Assembly (NCBI GenBank): GCA_043814985.1
Contig: JBDRJK010000021.1
Coordinates: forward strand, 32,001-96,000
Reading direction: 5' to 3'
DNA length: 64,000 bases
Source: Candidatus Aenigmatarchaeota archaeon
Lineage (GTDB): Archaea > Aenigmatarchaeota > Aenigmatarchaeia > Aenigmatarchaeales > Aenigmatarchaeaceae
The notes under the pieces are model-generated. The model worked only from the letters and a program-made list of their open reading frames with translations, was not told the DNA's origin and ran no database searches. How positions within the stretch are numbered: the first letter of the stretch is position 1; each line of letters begins with the position of its first letter. Shown in pieces: positions 8,002-18,279 of the stretch. Both the position numbers and the translations under genes were made by a program.

Positions 8002-10638
8002 CTATTTATTTTTAGAGAATCTCATTAGGATTTCTGGCATTGCTAATAGACCTAGACTGGAGAACAATAACACCTTTACCCAGTCCATCAAGCTTAGCGC
8101 AGTCAGATGGAATATTCCTTGGAATAACGGTACATATATTATGACTATTTGCAGAATAAATGATATCAATACAGCAATTAGTAATTTTTTATTTGTCAGG
8201 GGATTTAACCTAAAAACACCCTTTTTTTCAGACCTGCAATTGAATACAAAAAACATCTCGAAAAATATTGCAGCACTAAAAGCCATTGTTTGTGCTTTCT
8301 CTAAACCGTTTGGTAATTCTAAAATAAAAATGCCAAAGGATGAAGCAAAATCCAATATTGATGCAAATATTATAAAAGCTAGTGTGCCTGTTATTATTCC
8401 TTTTTTAGGGTCTCTTGGAGGTTTTTTCATTACATCAGGATCTTTTGGGTCAACACTCAGTGCCAAAGCAGGAAGCCCGTCTGTAATCAAGTTAATCCAC
8501 AGTATGTGAATAGGTAAATAAGGTAAAATAATAGCCCCTGTTGCGTCAGTGAGTCCAATTAGCATGGGCACAGTTATCATTGCCAGCTCATCGAAATTGG
8601 CTGCCAGCAGGAACCTGACGAATTTTCTAATATTATCATAAATGCCCCTGCCTTCTTCAACAGCAGAGACTATTGTGGAAAAATTATCATCCATCAAGAC
8701 CATGTCAGCAGCTTCCTTTGACACGTCAGTTCCCTTTATCCCCATTGCAATACCAACATCTGCTTTTTTCAGGGCAGGTGCGTCATTGACACCATCACCT
8801 GTCATGGCAACCACATGGCCATTGGACTTTAGTATGTCAACAATTCTTATCTTATGACTTGGTGATACTCTTGCGAATATCACAGTGTCCTCCACAACTT
8901 CCTTTAGCTTTTTATCGTCCATCTTGTCCAGTTGTTCACCCCTTAGGATGTTTCCTTGCAGACCAACCTGGGAAGCAATTGCTTTTGCTGTTAATTCATG
9001 ATCGCCTGTTATCATTTTTATTTTGATTCCAGCCCTCTTGCAAAGAGCAATAGCGCTTTTGGTCTCCTTTCTTGGCGGATCTATCATTGCAACTAGGCCA
9101 ACAAAAGTCATGTTACTTTCAACTGAGTTTATGGAATATCTCTTTGATAACTCCTTATAAGAGAAGCCCAATACTCTGAGACCGTTTCCTGCCAACTCAT
9201 GAACAATCTTTAATATCTTTTCCTTGTCTGCCTTTACCAATTTTTTGTTGATGTAGATTTTGTCGCACATACCAAGTATGACTTCTGGAGCACCCTTGGT
9301 GTATGCGAAGATATCTCCTCCAATATTGTGGATTGTTGTCATTTTCTTTCTCTCAGAAGAGAATGGAATCTCATTGATTTTCTTATAATCTTCCTTTATT
9401 CCACTCTTTTCTGCCAGAACCTTCAAAGCTCCTTCAGTAGGGTCACCAATCACTTCCCACTGCTTTCCCCCCTTCAATATAGAATTATTACACATCGATC
9501 CTATCTTCAAAAGAATATCAAGACTTCCTATCCTTCTCGGGTCTATTTTCTTGTCGTTCAATAGAAAATCTCCCTTTGGATTAAAACCAACTCCAGTAAC
9601 ATCTATGATTTTTCCATTGACCCATATTTTTTTAACTGTCATTTCGTTTGTTGTCATAGTTCCAGTCTTATCCGCGCAGATAACTGTTGTTGATCCCAAA
9701 GCCTCGACTGCAGCCAGTCTTTTTATTACTGAATTCTTTTTCAGCATCCTCTGGGTTCCTAGAGCAAGGGTTAATGTTATGACAGCCGGGAGTCCTTCTG
9801 GGACAGCTGATATTGCCAGACTCAGTGCTGTCATGAACATGTAAAAGGGGTCTATGTTCCTGACCAATCCAATGGAGAAAATAATTGTGCTTGCTATCAG
9901 GACAACCAAGCCCAGCATTTTTCCAAGGCTTTGTAGTTTTATCTGCAGTGGTGTCGGCTCTTCCCTTTCCTGCACCATGCCTGCTATCTTTCCCATTTCA
10001 GTTGACATTCCAGTGGAAATCACAATTCCCATGCCTCTCCCATATGTGACCAGCGTTCCCATGAATCCCATGTTTTCCATTTCTGTGAGGGAGACATCTT
10101 TCAAAGGTTTTGTGTGCTTTGTTGCTGCTACTGATTCACCTGTTAGCATTGATTCATCAATTTTCAGGTTCAATGCTTCGAACAATCTTATATCTGCAGG
10201 AACCCTGTTTCCTGCCTCAAGAATGACAATGTCTCCTGGGACAATCTGTTCTATTGGCACTTCGACCTTTTCCATGTTTCTGACAACAAGGACCTTTGTC
10301 ACAATAAGTTTTTTCAGAGCCTCAATTGCCTTTTCAGCCTTGTACTCCTGATAAAAGCCTAGGATAGCGTTTAATACAAGAATAGCTCCTATTACAATTG
10401 CGTCTGTGATTAAACCTAGAACAAGTGATATTGCAGTTGCGAAGAGAAGCAAAATAACCAGAAAGCTCTTGAACTGCTCCAGTAAAATTATCAGGGATGT
10501 TCTCCTTTTCTTGCTCCTAATCTTGTTCATTCCATACTCTCTGAGTCTTAAATTGGCTTCAGAACTTTTCAGACCTTTCTCGTTGGTTTTCAATTCCTTG
10601 AAGACTTCCTCAGAACTCATTGTATGCCATTTGTTCAT
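8002..10638 (-). CDS. P2A-type (Ca2+-like) P-type ATPase, copy 1
   Basis: TGES, PEGL, DKTGT, GDGVND and LWINLITDG motifs. Confidence 0.95.
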   Translation of the reverse strand: MNKWHTMSSEEVFKELKTNEKGLKSSEANLRLREYGMNKIRSKKRRTSLIILLEQFKSFLVILLLFATAISLVLGLITDAIVIGAILVLNAILGFYQEYKAEKAIEALKKLIVTKVLVVRNMEKVEVPIEQIVPGDIVILEAGNRVPADIRLFEALNLKIDESMLTGESVAATKHTKPLKDVSLTEMENMGFMGTLVTYGRGMGIVISTGMSTEMGKIAGMVQEREEPTPLQIKLQSLGKMLGLVVLIASTIIFSIGLVRNIDPFYMFMTALSLAISAVPEGLPAVITLTLALGTQRMLKKNSVIKRLAAVEALGSTTVICADKTGTMTTNEMTVKKIWVNGKIIDVTGVGFNPKGDFLLNDKKIDPRRIGSLDILLKIGSMCNNSILKGGKQWEVIGDPTEGALKVLAEKSGIKEDYKKINEIPFSSERKKMTTIHNIGGDIFAYTKGAPEVILGMCDKIYINKKLVKADKEKILKIVHELAGNGLRVLGFSYKELSKRYSINSVESNMTFVGLVAMIDPPRKETKSAIALCKRAGIKIKMITGDHELTAKAIASQVGLQGNILRGEQLDKMDDKKLKEVVEDTVIFARVSPSHKIRIVDILKSNGHVVAMTGDGVNDAPALKKADVGIAMGIKGTDVSKEAADMVLMDDNFSTIVSAVEEGRGIYDNIRKFVRFLLAANFDELAMITVPMLIGLTDATGAIILPYLPIHILWINLITDGLPALALSVDPKDPDVMKKPPRDPKKGIITGTLAFIIFASILDFASSFGIFILELPNGLEKAQTMAFSAAIFFEMFFVFNCRSEKKGVFRLNPLTNKKLLIAVLISFILQIVIIYVPLFQGIFHLTALSLMDWVKVLLFSSLGLLAMPEILMRFSKNK
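8736..8781. repeat. 46-bp perfect inverted repeat, copy A (partner at 13687-13732)
   Basis: Reverse complement is GCACCTGCCCTGAAAAAAGCAGATGTTGGTATTGCAATGGGGATAA, identical to 13687-13732. Confidence 0.9.
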
Positions 10639-10714
10639 AAATATTTGTTGATTTTCTTGATTTAAAGTTTAACCATCAGAAAATAATATAAGCCGGTTAA
10701 CAGAACATAAGAAT

Positions 10715-11650
10715 ATGCTGTTCATCAACTTTGTGTATTTTTTGATTGCGTGCTTTTTCCTGGCTATTGGAGGAAACTTGGTTGTTAGGAGCCTGTCAGA
10801 GGTAGCTAGGCATTACCAGATGAGGGAATTCGTTCTCGGTTTTGTCTTGGTCGCAATATCAACCTCAATACCAGAGCTCTTTGTCGGCATATTCTCTGCT
10901 TTGGATAATGTTCCTGCCATTTCCTTCGGTGATGTTATAGGAGCCAACATAGTCGACCTGACAATAGTGATTGGCTTTGCTGCCTTGTTGGGAAAGAGGG
11001 TATTTGTCGAGAGGGAAATAAACAAGGATGACATACTCTATACAACCCTGATAGCATTCCTGCCGATTTTGCTGTTTTTCGATCAGCAATTGTCAAGAAT
11101 AGACGGATTAATACTGTTGTCTGTTTTTGCTTTGTACATTGTTATGCTTGTTAAACGGAGGAAGCACTTTCATGCCCTAAAGGATGGCATATCAAAGGCG
11201 AGGGTATTGTTGGACATAATTGTTTTCATAATAAGCTTGGCTATTCTTTTGGTGTCTGCCAAGTTCGTTGTCGAGACTGCTGAGATAATAGCTATTGAAC
11301 TGGCTTTTCCGGAAATCCTTGTTGGTTTGATTATAGTAAGCATAGGGACGACCCTGCCAGAGCTTTCATTTGAAGTCAACTCTGTGAGAAAGGGTTTCTG
11401 TGGCATGGCTTTAGGAGACTTGCTGGGAAGTGTTGTCATAAACTCCTGCCTTGTGTTGGGCATTGCATCTCTGATATACCCAATTACTGCAGAGTTCCTG
11501 CCCTTTTTAATAGGCTCGATATTCTTAATGGCAATACTGGGGATTTTCGCTGTTTTCGCTAAAACAGGAAGGGTAATAACAAGAAAAGAGGGCCTCATAC
11601 TCATCTTATTCTATGTTATGTTTGTGGTAACTAGCATTCTGGCTAGATAG
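10715..11650 (+). CDS. Na+/Ca2+ (CaCA, YrbG-like) exchanger
   Basis: Two alpha-repeats, STSIPE and GTTLPE; about 10 TM helices. Confidence 0.9.
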   Translation: MLFINFVYFLIACFFLAIGGNLVVRSLSEVARHYQMREFVLGFVLVAISTSIPELFVGIFSALDNVPAISFGDVIGANIVDLTIVIGFAALLGKRVFVEREINKDDILYTTLIAFLPILLFFDQQLSRIDGLILLSVFALYIVMLVKRRKHFHALKDGISKARVLLDIIVFIISLAILLVSAKFVVETAEIIAIELAFPEILVGLIIVSIGTTLPELSFEVNSVRKGFCGMALGDLLGSVVINSCLVLGIASLIYPITAEFLPFLIGSIFLMAILGIFAVFAKTGRVITRKEGLILILFYVMFVVTSILAR

Positions 11651-11730
11651 CCTAGTAGTTATTATTCAAACATGTAAGAAACAAAGCTTAAAGCAAAATT
11701 ATTTTATAGGACATTAACTATTATTATCAA

Positions 11731-14445
11731 ATGATAAAGAAAAAATCCTTGAGCAATCTGCCCCACTCACAGACTGTTGAAGAGATACTGCAGACATTAT
11801 CTTCTAACATAAATGGGTTTTCTGAGAAAGAAGCAAAAACTCGCTTAGAAAAATTTGGTGTTAATGAAATACCTGAAAAAAAAGCTAGACACCCTGTTTT
11901 AATTTTTCTTAAACAATTCCATAGTATTCTGATTTATATTCTTATTATTGCCGCTGTTATTTCCTCCCTTTCTGGTGATCTAATTGATGTTTACATAATC
12001 ACTGGTGTTATTTTAATTAATGCCGTAATGGGGTTTGTGCAAGAGCGTAGAGCTGACCAATCAATCCAAGCATTGAAAAAGATGATCGTACCCCACGCAA
12101 AAGTTTATAGGGAAGGAGAATTATTACAAATAGCTGCAAGGGAATTGGTGCCTGGTGACATTGTCTTATTGGAAGAAGGTGACAAGGTTCCTGCTGATGC
12201 AAGACTTCTAGAAATAAAAATTTTTAGGACCGTAGAAGCGTCTTTGACAGGAGAATCGCTTCCTGTTGAAAAAGACATTAAAGTATTGTCTGAAAGAACT
12301 GCTTTGGCTGATTGTAAAAACATGGTTTGGATGGGCACTTTCGTTGCAAGGGGACAGGCTAAGGCAGTTGTCACTGCAACAGGCATCAATACAGCATTTG
12401 GTAAAATAGCCCAAGACATAGAAAAAATAAAAAGAGTAAAGGGGCATTTTAAAGAAAAGACTGACAAGCTGGCAAAACAAATGGGTATTATTGCAGCTGT
12501 TGGCGCGTCAGTAACATTCATTATCGGCTTCTTTATTAGAGGTTTTGAGTTTTTAGAAATATTCCGTTTTACCTTGGCTTCTCTTGTTTCCGGGATTCCA
12601 GAAGGATTGCCCGCGGTATTGGTAATTGTGCTTTCTATTGGTGCACATAGAATGGCAAAGAAAAATGCTATCATTAGAACATTGCCATCAACAGAAACAC
12701 TTGGTGTAGTAACAGTCATTATGACAGACAAGACGGGAACACTTACGGAAAATACTATGAATGTGGAAAAAATAATTTTGCCGAATGAAACTGAGATTAC
12801 AGTGTCTGGAAAGGGCTGGATACCTTCTGGAAGTTTTTTCCAAGAAGAAAAAATTATTCATCCTTCAGGAAACCCCTCTTTAGCAAAACTTCTCGAGATT
12901 GCTGCTATATCCAGCGATGCTGAGCTTTTAAGAGAAAAAGATCGCTATGAAATTATCGGAGACCCAACTGAAGCTGCCCTTACTGTCTTAGCAGAAAAAG
13001 CAGGGATAAAAAAAGAAAAAATATTAGAAAAAGTAAAAGAAATAGACGAACTGCCCTTTAGTCAAGAATTAAGATGTGAGGCATCTCTTTTAATTTTTCC
13101 AGAAAAATCTAAAAAGAAAGAAGTTTATGTTGTCGGTGCTCCTGAAGCTATTCTCAATCATTCCGCATACGTTCTTGAAAACAATAAATGTAAAAAAATG
13201 ACTAAAAAACAGCGTGAAGATATTTCAGCTCAAGTAGAGCAATTAACAAAAAAAACAATGAGAGTTCTTGCTTTAGCCTATAAAGAAGTGCCACAACATA
13301 TAGATGGCTTATCAGAAAATTTAGTTAGTAGACTTGTTTTCGTTGGTATTGTTGGTATGAAGGATCCCCCAAGGCCAGAAGTGAAAGAAGCTATTGTCAA
13401 AGCCAAGAAAGCTGGCATTAGAATTATTATGACAACAGGAGACCATAAAGGCACGGCTGTTGCAATTGCCAAAGAAGTTGGTCTTATTGACAAAAAATCA
13501 AAAAGCAGATATCCTGAAGCTTTCACAGGCCAAGAATTATCAGAATTGTCAGAAAAGGAATTTGGAGACACAGTAAAAAATGTTTCTGTATTTGCTCGTC
13601 TAACACCAAATATGAAGTTAAGGATTGCTGAAACATTACAAAAACAGGGTCATGTTGTAGCAATGACAGGAGATGGTGTGAACGATGCACCTGCCCTGAA
13701 AAAAGCAGATGTTGGTATTGCAATGGGGATAATTGGTACTGATGTGTCTAGAGAATCTAGTGAGATTGTGCTTGCTGATGATAATTTTGCTTCTATTGTT
13801 AGTGCAATAGAAGAAGGAAGAATTGTTTTTAAAAATACCCGTCAGGCAAGTTCTTTCCTTGTCACCACCAGTTTTGCGGAAGATATAGCTATTATAACTA
13901 CAATGCTTTTCGGTCTGCCTTTGCCTCTGTTGCCCGTTCAGATACTCTGGCTCAACTTGGTCACAGATGGCGTCTCTGATGTTGCATTGGCTGCTGAACC
14001 AGGTCATGGAGATGTCTTGGAGGAAGTGCCGCGAAAATCCAAAGAGGGTATCTTGTCAAAGGAGATAATACCGTTTCTACTTTTAATGACCTGTATTATG
14101 GTCGTTTTTACGCTAGCTATTTTCAATAGTTATCTGCCTCAGGGAGAAGAGAAGGCGCGAACAGTAGCTTTTGTCGTTATGGCGTTCACCCAACTCTTTA
14201 ACGTTCTTAACATGCGTTCTCTTAAGAAATCCATTTTCAAGATAGGCTTCTTTAGCAACAGGTACATTGTCGTATCTCTGCTAATCTCAATCACACTTTT
14301 GCTTATGGTGATATATACGCCGTTTTTCCAAACCATATTCCAGTTTGTTCCATTGAGCTTTGTGGAATTATTGACGATATTCCTTCTATCGTCCACGGTC
14401 TTCTGGTTCGGCGAGCTATACAAATTTATAAAGAAGAAAATTTGA
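11731..14445 (+). CDS. P2-type cation-transporting P-type ATPase, copy 2
   Basis: TGES, PEGL, DKTGT, GDGVND and LWLNLVTDG motifs. Confidence 0.95.
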   Translation: MIKKKSLSNLPHSQTVEEILQTLSSNINGFSEKEAKTRLEKFGVNEIPEKKARHPVLIFLKQFHSILIYILIIAAVISSLSGDLIDVYIITGVILINAVMGFVQERRADQSIQALKKMIVPHAKVYREGELLQIAARELVPGDIVLLEEGDKVPADARLLEIKIFRTVEASLTGESLPVEKDIKVLSERTALADCKNMVWMGTFVARGQAKAVVTATGINTAFGKIAQDIEKIKRVKGHFKEKTDKLAKQMGIIAAVGASVTFIIGFFIRGFEFLEIFRFTLASLVSGIPEGLPAVLVIVLSIGAHRMAKKNAIIRTLPSTETLGVVTVIMTDKTGTLTENTMNVEKIILPNETEITVSGKGWIPSGSFFQEEKIIHPSGNPSLAKLLEIAAISSDAELLREKDRYEIIGDPTEAALTVLAEKAGIKKEKILEKVKEIDELPFSQELRCEASLLIFPEKSKKKEVYVVGAPEAILNHSAYVLENNKCKKMTKKQREDISAQVEQLTKKTMRVLALAYKEVPQHIDGLSENLVSRLVFVGIVGMKDPPRPEVKEAIVKAKKAGIRIIMTTGDHKGTAVAIAKEVGLIDKKSKSRYPEAFTGQELSELSEKEFGDTVKNVSVFARLTPNMKLRIAETLQKQGHVVAMTGDGVNDAPALKKADVGIAMGIIGTDVSRESSEIVLADDNFASIVSAIEEGRIVFKNTRQASSFLVTTSFAEDIAIITTMLFGLPLPLLPVQILWLNLVTDGVSDVALAAEPGHGDVLEEVPRKSKEGILSKEIIPFLLLMTCIMVVFTLAIFNSYLPQGEEKARTVAFVVMAFTQLFNVLNMRSLKKSIFKIGFFSNRYIVVSLLISITLLLMVIYTPFFQTIFQFVPLSFVELLTIFLLSSTVFWFGELYKFIKKKI
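13687..13732. repeat. 46-bp perfect inverted repeat, copy B
   Basis: Identical to the reverse complement of 8736-8781. Confidence 0.9.
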
Positions 14446-14509
14446 TTTCGCTGTATGTTATTCTGGCAAGATAGTTAATAATAAGAACTGGTCGCAGTAA
14501 AATAAAGTT

Positions 14510-15394
14510 ATGATACAGACTTTTTTCGCAGCCCTGTTTTTGATATTGGGGCTCTCATTCACCATACATTCGTTTTTCTACGAGAAGAAGAACCTTATTT
14601 TCATAATTGGCTTGATGGTATTCTCAATCATATCACTTTTCTACTGGTACATCTCAATACTTGTTCTGATTCTATTTACTTTATACAAGAAGTACGACTT
14701 CGGCGAGTTTGCCACGCTCAACATGTTCACTGCAGTTCTCATGGCCTGGTTTTTTTTGAATTTGTTCTTGCTGAACCTTAACATCTCCTTTTACCTGATA
14801 GCAATGGTCTCCTTGGTTGCAATGTCTTTGTTGGCCATATTCGGCATATTCGAGCAGAAGCTGAAAAAGTACATCCTGATATCAAACATAATACAGATAC
14901 TTTTTGTTGTTCTGGATTTGTCTGTCACCAAGATGCTGGGGAAGATGGGTGTCCTGAGTACCATCCAGATTTTCAACTATACATTCGCAGGCCTGACCTT
15001 CTTCCTTACACTGTGGATTTTCGGAAGGAAAAAAGTTTTGATAAATGAGCTTGAAGGTTCATATTTCGCGAGCAGGGCGAACGACATATTTGCAACAATA
15101 GCTTGCTTATCATTAGCAGGACTGCCAGCTTTCAACATGTTCGTTTCAGAATGGTTTCTGTTTGTGGGAAGCTTTGCCTTAACACCGATAATAACAGTAA
15201 TGGGCATCTTCCTTGCTCTGTTGCTTTTCATAATGTACTACAAGATTGTTTATGTTCTGCTTGTTGGCGAGGGCAGGCAGAAGACTATCCCGCAACCAAT
15301 AACAATAGTTAACGGAATCTTAGCTGTTACTTGCGTTATTTTGGGGCTGTTGCCTTGGTTACAATTAGAGATACTAACGAGGGTGGTAATATGA
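14510..15394 (+). CDS. Short antiporter-like (MrpD/MbhH/NuoN family) membrane subunit of the hydrogenase
   Basis: LSLAGLPAFNMFVSEW motif; first gene of the hydrogenase operon; only 294 aa. Confidence 0.8.
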   Translation: MIQTFFAALFLILGLSFTIHSFFYEKKNLIFIIGLMVFSIISLFYWYISILVLILFTLYKKYDFGEFATLNMFTAVLMAWFFLNLFLLNLNISFYLIAMVSLVAMSLLAIFGIFEQKLKKYILISNIIQILFVVLDLSVTKMLGKMGVLSTIQIFNYTFAGLTFFLTLWIFGRKKVLINELEGSYFASRANDIFATIACLSLAGLPAFNMFVSEWFLFVGSFALTPIITVMGIFLALLLFIMYYKIVYVLLVGEGRQKTIPQPITIVNGILAVTCVILGLLPWLQLEILTRVVI

Positions 15395-15561
15395 AGAGGA
15401 AAAAAACAAAGCACATACATGACATCTACATGGGAGGAGAAAGGGACCCGGAGAAGCTGATCATTCCAGAGGACTTGGGAAAGTTCTTTGACAAGAAAAT
15501 GGTTTTCCTGGTGTTCTTCGTATTATTGATAATGCTTTTGATTGCAGGTGTTGGTCTATGA
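15391..15561 (+). CDS. Small membrane subunit (MbhI-like position)
   Basis: 56 aa with IYMGGE motif and C-terminal TM; ATGA overlaps on both sides; GGTGG RBS. Confidence 0.6.
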   Translation: MKRKKTKHIHDIYMGGERDPEKLIIPEDLGKFFDKKMVFLVFFVLLIMLLIAGVGL

Positions 15562-15986
15562 AAAAAATAATAAAGTCCCCCTGGATTACTAATTTCGATG
15601 CAGGCGGGTGCAACGGATGCATACTGGAGATATTCGCTTTATTGACACCCAGATATGATATTGAAAGGTTCGGTTGTCTGTTGAAAGCAAGCGCAAGGCA
15701 TGCAGACATCCTGATAGTTAGCGGGATTGTCAATAGGCAGAACAAGGAGAGGTTGAAAACTATTTACGATCAGATGGCAAAGGACAAGAAGGTTGTTGTA
15801 ATAGGTTCCTGTGCAATAACTGGTGGACCTTTCAAGGATTGTTACAATTTCGCGGGTCCTGTTGACAAAGTGATACCAGTGGACATGTACATTCCTGGTT
15901 GCCCGCCAAGACCAGAAGCTATAATAGAAGGACTAGTAAAACTGTTAGGTAGTTTGAATGATAAAAGTAAGAAACAGAATAAATAA
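15558..15986 (+). CDS. Group 4 [NiFe] hydrogenase small subunit (MbhJ/EchC/NuoB-like)
   Basis: GGCNGC, GSCAITGG and PGCPPRP motifs. Confidence 0.93.
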   Translation: MKKIIKSPWITNFDAGGCNGCILEIFALLTPRYDIERFGCLLKASARHADILIVSGIVNRQNKERLKTIYDQMAKDKKVVVIGSCAITGGPFKDCYNFAGPVDKVIPVDMYIPGCPPRPEAIIEGLVKLLGSLNDKSKKQNK

Positions 15987-16275
15987 GTATTCGAGGCTGA
16001 TAGCAATTGTCTGCAGAGACGAGAATGACTTTTACTTAGATTACTATTTCGATTACAATGGCAGGATATCTGTTTTGAAGTTCAAGGTTCCCAAGAAAAA
16101 GCCAGTGATAGAAAGCATAGTGGCAGACTATCCAGGCGCAGACTATTTCGAGAGGGAGATACACGACTTCTTTGGTGTCGAGTTCAGCGGCAACCCGAAT
16201 CTTCACCTTAAATTGTTCCTGCCGGACAATTGGAACAAGAAGCCGCCCATGTTGAAGGATGATAAGAATGCATGA
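15958..16275 (+). CDS. Hydrogenase subunit MbhK/EchD/NuoC-like
   Basis: FEREIHDFFGVEFSGNP motif. Confidence 0.9.
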   Translation: MIKVRNRINKYSRLIAIVCRDENDFYLDYYFDYNGRISVLKFKVPKKKPVIESIVADYPGADYFEREIHDFFGVEFSGNPNLHLKLFLPDNWNKKPPMLKDDKNA

Positions 16276-17437
16276 TATGAAGCACGACTACACAATACCC
16301 TTGGGTCCCCAGCACCCGACCCTGAAAGAGCCAATGTGCATAAGGGTCAGCTTGGACGGGAGTGTCATCAAAGATGTTAATGTGAGGATGGGCTATACTC
16401 ATAAGGGGATTGAAAAGGTTATGGAAGGAAAGAACCCTGATTCTGCCCTTTATGTTTCACAGAGAATATGCGGCATATGCTCTGCTGCCCATGAGAATGC
16501 CTACTGCAGGACTGTTGAAGCTATTTTGAATTATGATCCTGAACCAAAGGTCAAGTACCTGAGAGCATTGATGATGGAATTGGAAAGAATGCACAGCCAT
16601 TTGTTATGGTTGGGTGTCATTGCCCATGAGATAGGCTACGAGACTCTGTTCATGTACTTCTGGAGGGAGAGGGAAAAGATAATAGACATTTTCGAGAAGA
16701 TGACAGGTGGTAGGGTTCACCATAACTTCAACAAGATAAGGACAGTCAGGTTTGATTTCGAGCACGGCAACAAGGAGTTCATCTTGAAAAGGCTTAACAG
16801 CGTCAAGAAAAAGGTGGACGACTACTTGAGCGAAATCAATTCCGACAATGTCATAAGTTCGAGATTGAAAGACATCGGGATAATAACCAACAGCGATGCA
16901 AAGAGGTACTGCTTGACAGGTCCCAATGCAAGGGGAAGCGGAGTCTCTTGTGATGTGAGAAAGTACGACCCGCCCTACAAGATATACAAGAATTTCGATT
17001 TCAACGAGATTATTGAAGACAGGGGAGATTCCTTTGCCAGGACTTCCGTCAGAATAAAAGAGCTTCTGGAATCAATAAAAATAATAAAACAATGTTTGGA
17101 CATGATGCCTCAGAAGAGAATACCAAAGTTCTCGTTCACCAACATACCGCAGGGCGAGGGAATTGGGAGGGTCGAGGCTCCAAGAGGCGAGTTGTTCTAC
17201 TACATCAAATTCAAGGACAACAAGATTGACAGGGTGAAGATGAGAACACCCACCTTCGGCTATTTCAAGATAGCTGAAAAGATTCTGGTTGGAAGAAGAA
17301 TCGGGGACGTGCCAGTCATAATCGGTTCACTTGACCCATGCTTCAGTTGCATGGAAAGGGTGATGGTTGTCAAGGACGGAAAGTCTGAGATGCTTAATGA
17401 GATCAACTTCAGGAGGAAGTATCTATGTACGAAATAA
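16268..17437 (+). CDS. Group 4 [NiFe] hydrogenase large subunit (MbhL/HycE-like)
   Basis: GPQHP; L1 RICGIC; L2 DPCFSCMER followed by a C-terminal extension (alternative start 16259). Confidence 0.95.
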   Translation: MHDMKHDYTIPLGPQHPTLKEPMCIRVSLDGSVIKDVNVRMGYTHKGIEKVMEGKNPDSALYVSQRICGICSAAHENAYCRTVEAILNYDPEPKVKYLRALMMELERMHSHLLWLGVIAHEIGYETLFMYFWREREKIIDIFEKMTGGRVHHNFNKIRTVRFDFEHGNKEFILKRLNSVKKKVDDYLSEINSDNVISSRLKDIGIITNSDAKRYCLTGPNARGSGVSCDVRKYDPPYKIYKNFDFNEIIEDRGDSFARTSVRIKELLESIKIIKQCLDMMPQKRIPKFSFTNIPQGEGIGRVEAPRGELFYYIKFKDNKIDRVKMRTPTFGYFKIAEKILVGRRIGDVPVIIGSLDPCFSCMERVMVVKDGKSEMLNEINFRRKYLCTK

Positions 17438-18279
17438 TTTTTCTTGTGCTGGTCCCTTTCCTTGCGTTACTATATGAGGGATTCTTCAGAAAACTAAATG
17501 CAAGATTCCAGAACAGGATAGGGCCGCCAATACTGCAGCCCTTCTATGACATAATGAAACTTTGGGAGAAAAAGCCGCTGAAGAGCCAGAACGATCCCTT
17601 CTACAAGTATTCACCATTATTATATTTCATTTCAGTTTATGCATTATTCCTGTTCATTCCATTCTCCATAATAAGTTTCCAGTATGATTTTGTCTTGCTG
17701 CTCTATCTCACAATACTGGCAAGCGCCTTCTATGTTCTAGCTGGTTTGTCCTCTGACAATCCCTTCGGTATTATTGGTTCAATGAGAGAAATGATACTGA
17801 TGATAACCTATGAGATCACCCTTGTCATAACAGTCTTCAACTTCATCATGTTTTCTGGAGTTCTCTCTTTTGCTGATTTCAATTCTAACCTGTTGATACT
17901 ATCCCTTCCGCTATCCGCGATAGGATTGGCAATTGTATCTTTAGTTGAGGTCCACATAACGCCCTTTGACACAACAGAGGCCAAGACAGAAATAATGGGA
18001 GGCAGCACCACAGAGTATAGCGGAAGGAACTTGGCTCTGATGAAGATGTCAATGGTAATGAAGAGGCTGTTCTTCATTTTCCTTTTGCCTTTCCTTTTGT
18101 TCGGGAGAGATCTTATGATTCTTATACCAGCTAGTTTCGTCTTCCTGTTCATCTATGCCCTGTCACAGGCAACAACTTCCAGATACAGGGTTGATCAGGC
18201 TTTCAAGGTATACTTCTACATCATGGTACTTGTCCTGATAGATTTCATTCTGATAATGAGGGGGATAGTATGGGCATAA
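17425..18279 (+). CDS. Hydrogenase membrane subunit MbhM/EchB/NuoH-like
   Basis: RFQNRIGPPILQPFYD, PFD..EA and EYSG motifs. Confidence 0.93.
   Translation: MYEIIFLVLVPFLALLYEGFFRKLNARFQNRIGPPILQPFYDIMKLWEKKPLKSQNDPFYKYSPLLYFISVYALFLFIPFSIISFQYDFVLLLYLTILASAFYVLAGLSSDNPFGIIGSMREMILMITYEITLVITVFNFIMFSGVLSFADFNSNLLILSLPLSAIGLAIVSLVEVHITPFDTTEAKTEIMGGSTTEYSGRNLALMKMSMVMKRLFFIFLLPFLLFGRDLMILIPASFVFLFIYALSQATTSRYRVDQAFKVYFYIMVLVLIDFILIMRGIVWA

Noticed and set aside
16268..17437. NiFeSe hydrogenase or complex I NuoD
   Set aside because: All four ligands are Cys codons with no in-frame TGA; intact CxxC motifs exclude NuoD
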